DNA from: Lentisphaerota bacterium
GTDB taxonomy: Bacteria > Verrucomicrobiota > Lentisphaeria > Victivallales > Victivallaceae
Reading direction: 5' to 3'
Assembly: GCA_015061805.1 (NCBI GenBank)
Contig: SUVV01000009.1
Location: 31,990 to 95,989, forward strand
DNA length: 64,000 bases
The translations under genes were made by a program, and so were the position numbers. Below, piece after piece: positions 58,510 to 64,000 of this stretch (the first letter of the stretch is position 1; each line of letters opens with the position of its first letter). The notes beneath the pieces were generated by a model. It was not told the DNA's origin, did no database searches, and saw only the letters and a program-made list of their open reading frames with translations.

Positions 58510-60206
58510 AATTCACCATGGCTGAAGTAAAAAACCAAGCATGGCAGATCTCCACCCGGCGCCGGTTGTGCTGGCTGCTTTTCTCCTTTGCCGGAGGCAT
58601 GCTTTATGCAGCAGCCCTGCCGCCTTTGAACTGGAGTTTTGCTGTGTTTTTCTGTTTGTTCCCGGTGCTGTACTGCGGAAATGTTTTCAAATGGAAATTC
58701 GCCTGGTTGAGCGGATGGTGCTGGGGATTGGGCTGGGCTTTTTTCAGTTACCGCTTTCTCCGGGAGATCGAATGGTTCGTCCCGTGGCTGCTGGCTCCGG
58801 TAATGGCGCTGTGGCCGGCATTCTGGGGAGCATTGCTGCCCAAACTCCGGGAATGGATGATTTTTCCGGCAGATTCGGTTCAATGGAACTGCCGGGAAAA
58901 AGAGGAGTATCTCATCCGCCGTCTGCCATGGTACCGGGTATTGGCATTTGCCATCTCCGCAGCATTGCTTTTCACTCTGATCGAATGGACCCGTTCCCGG
59001 CTCTTTGTCTGGAATGATTTCAGCGTCACCCAGTGGCGGAACACCGCCTTTATCCAGATAAGTTCGCTCACCGGCAGTTACGGTATCGGATTTCTGATTG
59101 CGTGGTTCAATACGGCATTTTTCAGTGCGGTGATCTTCCGCAAACGGGGAACTTGGCAAACGATCCCGGTGATATTGACCTTTATCGCGGTACTGGCTTT
59201 CGGTTTCCGGCGCCTGAGCCGATTGGAAAAAAATTCTGAACCTGCCCGGACCCTGCGCGCCGGATTGGTCCAGTGCGATCTCTCCCAGCGCCGCCATGCT
59301 ACCGAATCCCAGATCCTCGAAGCCATCGAAGTATGCACCTCGCTTTCCCGGCAGCTTGCAGCTCAGAAACCGGATATCATCATCTGGCCGGAAAGCGCAG
59401 TGCCGATACCGCTCAACAGCGGAGGGTACGCAGGAACGGTATTCCGGCAGAAATTTTCCGCACTGCTGAAAGATACCGGCATCCCATTGCTTGCCGGTAT
59501 GCTGGCATTCCGGGAAGACAACTCCGCCAACAGTTGGCAGATCACCAACAGTGCGCTGCTTTTTGACATTAAAAAACGTTCTGCTGAACGCTATGATAAA
59601 ATCCACCGGGTCCCCTATGGAGAATATGTTCCCTTCCGCAAATATCTCCCCGAAGCTCTCGTCAATGCCGTCGATATGGGCAGAGATCTGGCGCCGGGAA
59701 ATAATTATGAACCCTTCACGCTGGATTCCGGTATCCGGGTGTCTACAGCGATCTGCTACGAAGGAGTTTTCGGATATCTCATCCGTCAGTTTGCCCTCCG
59801 GAGAACCAATTTGCTGATCGTGCTTTCCAACGATGCGTGGTACCCCGAAAGCAGTGAACCGGAACAACACCTTGCCAATGCAGTCATCCGCAGTGTCGAA
59901 AGCGGCCTTTACATGATCCGTTGCGGCAACAACGGCGGTTCCGGCGTGGTGACTCCGGCAGGAAAATTCATCAGTTACATCGGCAGTTCAGCGCCCCGTC
60001 CGGAACTGCTGAGAGAACGGGCTTACGGCGTGGTCGAAGTCCCCGTTCCGCGCAGTTCAGAATACCGGACAATCTTTGTCAAATACGGCGAATGGTTCAT
60101 CCTGCTGCTGGCAGCCGGACTTTTCTCCATAATTGTTTACGGCGTGATCATGGAAAGAAACCGCCGCAACATTGCACTGCAAATTATAAAAAAGGAAAAA
60201 TCATGA
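58506..60206 (+). CDS. lnt: Apolipoprotein N-acyltransferase
   Basis: Multi-TM N-terminal half, then a CN-hydrolase domain (IIIWPESAVP, AICYEGVF, SNDAWY). GTG 58506 overlaps the nif3 stop; an alternative ATG lies at 58518. Confidence 0.9.
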   Translation: MKFTMAEVKNQAWQISTRRRLCWLLFSFAGGMLYAAALPPLNWSFAVFFCLFPVLYCGNVFKWKFAWLSGWCWGLGWAFFSYRFLREIEWFVPWLLAPVMALWPAFWGALLPKLREWMIFPADSVQWNCREKEEYLIRRLPWYRVLAFAISAALLFTLIEWTRSRLFVWNDFSVTQWRNTAFIQISSLTGSYGIGFLIAWFNTAFFSAVIFRKRGTWQTIPVILTFIAVLAFGFRRLSRLEKNSEPARTLRAGLVQCDLSQRRHATESQILEAIEVCTSLSRQLAAQKPDIIIWPESAVPIPLNSGGYAGTVFRQKFSALLKDTGIPLLAGMLAFREDNSANSWQITNSALLFDIKKRSAERYDKIHRVPYGEYVPFRKYLPEALVNAVDMGRDLAPGNNYEPFTLDSGIRVSTAICYEGVFGYLIRQFALRRTNLLIVLSNDAWYPESSEPEQHLANAVIRSVESGLYMIRCGNNGGSGVVTPAGKFISYIGSSAPRPELLRERAYGVVEVPVPRSSEYRTIFVKYGEWFILLLAAGLFSIIVYGVIMERNRRNIALQIIKKEKS

Positions 60207-60814
60207 ATATCGACCTCAAAGTTATCGTTGAAAACGCCTTATACTTTATCGCGCTGCTCAATCCGGCAAGCAAGGTGATGTTTCTGTCAACCTATGAGCC
60301 GAAACTCTCCCAGAAGCAGATTATTGAATTGTCGTGGAAATCTTCGGCGGCAGCGTTGATGATCCTGATAACGCTGGCAACTTTCGGAGAGATCGTCTTG
60401 AGCAAAATTTTCCGGGTGGAACTCTATTCGCTCAAAATCACCGGCGGTATCGTGCTGTTCCTTATCGGAATGGTCGCCATCCGCGAAGGCCGTTTCGTCA
60501 ACCGCGACGAACATCAGGAACGGATGAATTTCACCGACCTTTCCCTGATCCCGCTGGCAACTCCGCTGATCGCCGGCTCCGGTATCATCGCCGCCGGTAT
60601 CAGTACAGCGGCACAGTATGGTGCGCTTTCAGTAAGTTTGTCGCTGTTCATGGGAATATTTGTCAACTTCGCCGTCATGCTCTTTTCCAGCGGCATCAGC
60701 CGGATATTGGAAAAACTCCATCTCACCGGCCCGCTGATCCGGCTGACCGGACTCATCATCTCCTGTGTGGCTGCCCAGATGATCATCACCGGTATCAAGG
60801 AGAGTTTGCTGTAA
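60203..60814 (+). CDS. MarC-family (UPF0056) membrane protein
   Basis: FIALLNPASKVMFL and polytopic 203 aa. The ATG at 60203 overlaps the lnt stop (ATGA). Confidence 0.75.
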   Translation: MNIDLKVIVENALYFIALLNPASKVMFLSTYEPKLSQKQIIELSWKSSAAALMILITLATFGEIVLSKIFRVELYSLKITGGIVLFLIGMVAIREGRFVNRDEHQERMNFTDLSLIPLATPLIAGSGIIAAGISTAAQYGALSVSLSLFMGIFVNFAVMLFSSGISRILEKLHLTGPLIRLTGLIISCVAAQMIITGIKESLL

Positions 60815-60978
60815 AAAACAGCGTAAAGTTGCCGCACCGGAATCAGGAGCATAAGCGCTGCATGTAAATTTTCCGCAAATGTGCAAAACCTGATTGAAAA
60901 AAGCAGTTTGGCGGGATATATTATCTTTTTGATAAGATGTTATTTACATTAAATTAATATTGTCGAAAGGATATTACC

Positions 60979-62313
60979 ATGGCAGATGATTTCAAGAGTC
61001 AGGAACTGATGGACAAGATCGTCAGTTTGTGCAAGCGTCGCGGATTTGTATTCCCCAGTTCTGAGATCTACGGCGGATTCAACGGATTCTGGGACTACGG
61101 CCCCTACGGTTCCCGCATGAAACGCGCAATCGAAAGCCTCTGGTGGCACGAAATGGTCGAAACCCGTGACAATGTCGAAGGGCTCGATTCCACCATCATC
61201 GCCAATCCCACCATCTGGAAAGCTTCCGGTCACATCGACCAGTTCAGCGACCTGATGACTGACTGCAAAGACTGCAAAGCCCGTCACCGTGTCGATCAGA
61301 TGGCTGACCCCACCACCTGCCCGAACTGCGGTTCCAAGAACCTCACCGAACCCAAAGAATTCAACCTGATGATGAAAACCTTTGTCGGTCCGGTCTTCGA
61401 TGATGAACACGTCGCCTATCTGCGCGCTGAATCCTGCCAGCCGATCTTCGTCGACTTCCACAGCGTCCGCATCGCCGCCCGTCAGAAACTTCCCTTCGGT
61501 GTGGCGCAGATCGGTAAAGCTTTCCGTAACGAGATCAACCCCCGTAACTTCACATTCCGCAGCCGCGAATTCACCCAGATGGAAATGGAATTCTTCTGCG
61601 ACGGCGAAGAGGGTATGGAATGGTTCGAATACTGGAAAGAACAGCGTATCAAATACTATCGCGACAAACTGGAATTCTCCGATGACTTCATGCGTATCTA
61701 CGAGCATGAAAAACTTGCTCACTACGCCAAAGCCGCTATCGATATCGAAGTCAAGTTCCCCTTCGGCTGGGGCGAACTCGAAGGCGTCCACCACCGCGGT
61801 ACCTGGGACCTCTCCCGACACAGCGAATTCTCCGGCGAGAACCTCCAGTATGTCGACCACGACAACCGCCGTACCCTGATGCCCACCGTCATCGAAACCA
61901 GCGTCGGTCTCGACCGCACTATGCTGGCTCTCCTCTGCCGCGCCTACGATGAAGAAAAGGCCGCCACCGCCAAAGAAGGCATGGATGAAGATACCCGTAT
62001 CGTCCTCCATCTGCCCGCTCGGGTCGCCCCGATCCAGGTCGCCGTGCTGCCGCAGTCCAAGAAACTCAAAGAGAATGCCTACGCTCTCTACAAGGATATC
62101 AACCGCTACTTCCGCAGTGAATACGACGAAACCGGAAGTATCGGTAAACGTTACCGCCGTCAGGATGAGATCGGTACTCCGTACTGCATTACCTTTGACT
62201 TCGATTCTGTCAACGACAATGCCGTTACCGTCCGTAACCGCGACACCATGCAGCAGGATCGGGTCAACATCACCCAGCTGCGTGATTACCTGGAAAACAA
62301 GATCGGTTTCTGA
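60979..62313 (+). CDS. glyQS: Glycine--tRNA ligase (homodimeric class II type)
   Basis: RGFVFPSSEIYGG, motif 2 FRNEINPRNFTFRSREFTQME, GLDR motif 3 and a C-terminal anticodon-binding domain. Confidence 0.95.
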   Translation: MADDFKSQELMDKIVSLCKRRGFVFPSSEIYGGFNGFWDYGPYGSRMKRAIESLWWHEMVETRDNVEGLDSTIIANPTIWKASGHIDQFSDLMTDCKDCKARHRVDQMADPTTCPNCGSKNLTEPKEFNLMMKTFVGPVFDDEHVAYLRAESCQPIFVDFHSVRIAARQKLPFGVAQIGKAFRNEINPRNFTFRSREFTQMEMEFFCDGEEGMEWFEYWKEQRIKYYRDKLEFSDDFMRIYEHEKLAHYAKAAIDIEVKFPFGWGELEGVHHRGTWDLSRHSEFSGENLQYVDHDNRRTLMPTVIETSVGLDRTMLALLCRAYDEEKAATAKEGMDEDTRIVLHLPARVAPIQVAVLPQSKKLKENAYALYKDINRYFRSEYDETGSIGKRYRRQDEIGTPYCITFDFDSVNDNAVTVRNRDTMQQDRVNITQLRDYLENKIGF

Positions 62314-62328
62314 AAAACCGATCTTTTT
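62299..62328 (+). terminator. Weak intrinsic terminator candidate overlapping the glyQS stop
   Basis: aagatcggttt / ctgaa / aaaccgatctt gives an 11-bp AT-rich stem followed by ttt. Confidence 0.3.
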
Positions 62329-62342
62329 ACGGAGAAACGATC

Positions 62343-63440
62343 ATGCCTTTTGACCGTGGTTCAATAACCTTTTCCATGTTTGATCTTGCCGGAGATATTC
62401 CGGAAGATTTTGCCGCGTTATTCGCCTCTGCCAAAGCTGGCACTCTGGATTCTGTGACCGCAGAACCCCAGTTGGGCTGGGTCACCGGCAGACATCTGCT
62501 GGATACTGCCATTGATGAAGCTTCTGCTCAAATCGGCGGCAGTTACTATCTCACGCTCCGTCAGGCGCAGCGCAAGATCCCGGCTTCATTGCTCAATGCA
62601 CTGTGCCGCCGCGAAGAACAATCCTTTCTGGCAGCCAATCCCGGCAGAGATTATGTTTCCGGCAAAGACAAAAAGCGGATCAAGGAAGATGTCATTGCCC
62701 GTTACATCAATACGATGCCGCCGGCGCTTTCCGGGATTTCCATGGTGCTTGAACCCCATGACAAATTCCTCTATCTCGGCGGAACCAGTCAGAGTCAGAT
62801 CGACCTTTTTATTGAAAACTTTTACCGGGTGACCAAAATGGAGCCGCTGCAGCTTACTCCGGCGCTGATCCTCGAACGGGAATTCCACACCACCTGTGCG
62901 GCATTCCCGGCGTTGAAACTCCACGATTCTCCGGTCATCCCCGCCGATCCGCAGGTCGGCAGAGATTTCCTCACCTGGCTGCTCTACTACAGCGAAAGTG
63001 TCGGCAAACTCAACTTTGAAAACAATGAGTTCGATATCATGCTGGAAGCCCCGCTGGTGCTGATCGATGAAAATGAAGCCCGCGGCGCCGGAGAAACCTC
63101 CGTCAAAAAAGGCGACAGTCCCCTGCGCGGCGCTGAAGTAAAAGCCGCTCTCGAAGTCGGCAAAAAACTCAAAAAAGCCAAATTCACTCTGACCCGTGAT
63201 GACAACTCGGTATGGTGCGGAACTTTTGATGCCGATAACTTCGTTTTCGGTTCGTTCAAACTCCCCGAAGGTGAAGAAATGAATCCCGATGAGATCTTCG
63301 CTGACCGCGTACGCGCACTGGCGACCTTCCGTCTGGTTCTGATCGAATACTTCAAACTCTTTGCCTCTTCTATGCTCAACGACCGCAATGCCGTCGAAAC
63401 TGCCATGCGCAAGTGGATCAGCGACCGGGAGGCAATCTGA
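62343..63440 (+). CDS. rdgC: Recombination-associated protein RdgC-like
   Basis: 365 aa. The layout resembles RdgC: an N-terminal F-x-x-F segment, GWVTGRHLLD, a KIPASLL...KDKKRIKEDV region and a C-terminal FADRV...L. Assigned by eye only. Confidence 0.55.
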   Translation: MPFDRGSITFSMFDLAGDIPEDFAALFASAKAGTLDSVTAEPQLGWVTGRHLLDTAIDEASAQIGGSYYLTLRQAQRKIPASLLNALCRREEQSFLAANPGRDYVSGKDKKRIKEDVIARYINTMPPALSGISMVLEPHDKFLYLGGTSQSQIDLFIENFYRVTKMEPLQLTPALILEREFHTTCAAFPALKLHDSPVIPADPQVGRDFLTWLLYYSESVGKLNFENNEFDIMLEAPLVLIDENEARGAGETSVKKGDSPLRGAEVKAALEVGKKLKKAKFTLTRDDNSVWCGTFDADNFVFGSFKLPEGEEMNPDEIFADRVRALATFRLVLIEYFKLFASSMLNDRNAVETAMRKWISDREAI

Positions 63441-63441
63441 T

Positions 63442-64000
63442 ATGCCCCACAAAGAAGATGCCAGGATCCGGATACTGACCGGTGTTTATGAACGGCTCGC
63501 CATGCCGCAGGATAAGGTCTGCGAACTCGACCTCGGCTGTGGTACCGGCAGTTTTTCCGTTGCTCTGGCAGCCTCCTATCCGGAGCGTTTCATCATCTGC
63601 GCCGACGTCATGCTCGGCCGACTGCGCAAAGTCGTGCGGAGAAGCAACCATCAGGGCGTGGAAAATCTTGAAGTCCTGCGCGTCGAAGCACGCCATCTGC
63701 TCGGTATCATGATGCCCGATGCTTCGCTCGACCGCATCCATCTGCTCTGCCCCGACCCGTGGCCCAAAAACCGACACCGCGGACACCGTCTGCTGTGCTG
63801 TGACTTCACCACCCAGCTGCACCGGGTACTGAAACCGGGCGCGGTGTTCCACTTTTCCAGCGACGATGAAAACTACTGCGATGCAGTCAACCGGGTAATG
63901 GAGAGTTCCGGACTCTTTGAACTGGATATGAGCGCGCTCGCTGATGTGGCACACATCAAGAGTGATTTTGAAAAACGCTGGCTTTCAGAAGGTAAACCGG
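63442..64000 (+). CDS. trmB: tRNA (guanine46-N7)-methyltransferase, 3'-truncated by the window edge
   Basis: My own translation from ATG 63442 gives ...ELDLGCGTGSFSVALA...IHLLCPDPWPKNRHRGHRLL... This matches the TrmB SAM-binding and PDPWPK(K/N)RH motifs. The frame is open to position 64000. Confidence 0.8.
   Translation, partial: MPHKEDARIRILTGVYERLAMPQDKVCELDLGCGTGSFSVALAASYPERFIICADVMLGRLRKVVRRSNHQGVENLEVLRVEARHLLGIMMPDASLDRIHLLCPDPWPKNRHRGHRLLCCDFTTQLHRVLKPGAVFHFSSDDENYCDAVNRVMESSGLFELDMSALADVAHIKSDFEKRWLSEGKP

Noticed and set aside
58410-59870. 486-aa minus-strand ORF opposite lnt
   Set aside because: The plus strand encodes a full-length Lnt with CN-hydrolase motifs. The antisense frame is low-complexity (rich in G, R, P, F), has no motifs or ribosome-binding site, and looks like a typical shadow ORF of a GC-rich coding region.
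60949-62010. 353-aa minus-strand ORF opposite glyQS
   Set aside because: glyQS on the plus strand is unambiguous. The antisense product is a repetitive D/G/V/F-rich string with no recognisable domain.

Overview
This is a chromosomal, mostly housekeeping 64-kb segment from a moderately GC-rich diderm anaerobe. Supporting genes are lnt, an lptE-like gene, kdsD/kpsF, rfbBACD, the Rnf complex and a ferredoxin-linked 2-oxoacid oxidoreductase. The gene content plus the glycan-degradation genes is compatible with a PVC-group (Lentisphaerota/Verrucomicrobiota-like) organism, but that is only a guess. I call about 66 CDS. Packing is tight, with many ATGA or 1-nt start/stop overlaps. I found no rRNA, tRNA, CRISPR array, transposase, integrase, phage gene or recognisable defence gene. 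Blocks in order: (1) surface-polysaccharide genes (GT2, manC) and a translationally coupled radical-SAM pair (72-4644, minus strand); (2) a divergent membrane-anchored double-AAA+ ATPase (4791-7079); (3) a 2-oxoacid:ferredoxin oxidoreductase operon with delta, alpha and fused beta-gamma subunits (7245-10014); (4) xseA-GT-pnuC; (5) a 143-147-nt tandem repeat (12994-13337); (6) lipoprotein-mutM; (7) recJ; (8) rnfABCDGE (16777-22028); (9) nadA-rsmA-FmdB-orphan secreted protein; (10) a PAS histidine kinase; (11) a long minus-strand string hisE-hisG-kdsD-BamD-like-lptE-like-trkH-trkA-HIT-orphan; (12) a GntR-led sialidase-like/esterase/aldolase sugar-acid operon (33678-42689); (13) cdsA; (14) an HD protein; (15) an OmpR-type two-component system plus a DMT transporter; (16) acpP-fabF; (17) a LysM lipoprotein; (18) phoH-pgpH-ybeY; (19) rfbBACD; (20) nif3-lnt-marC; (21) glyQS; (22) rdgC; (23) trmB (truncated). 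No clear-cut novel system can be demonstrated from the sequence alone. The best follow-up candidates are three. First, the polytopic-membrane tandem AAA+ protein with a recent internal duplication, together with its divergent radical-SAM pair. Second, the tandem repeat that rewrites the pnuC 3' end. Third, the non-canonical sialidase-like operon that ends in two small Cys-motif proteins.
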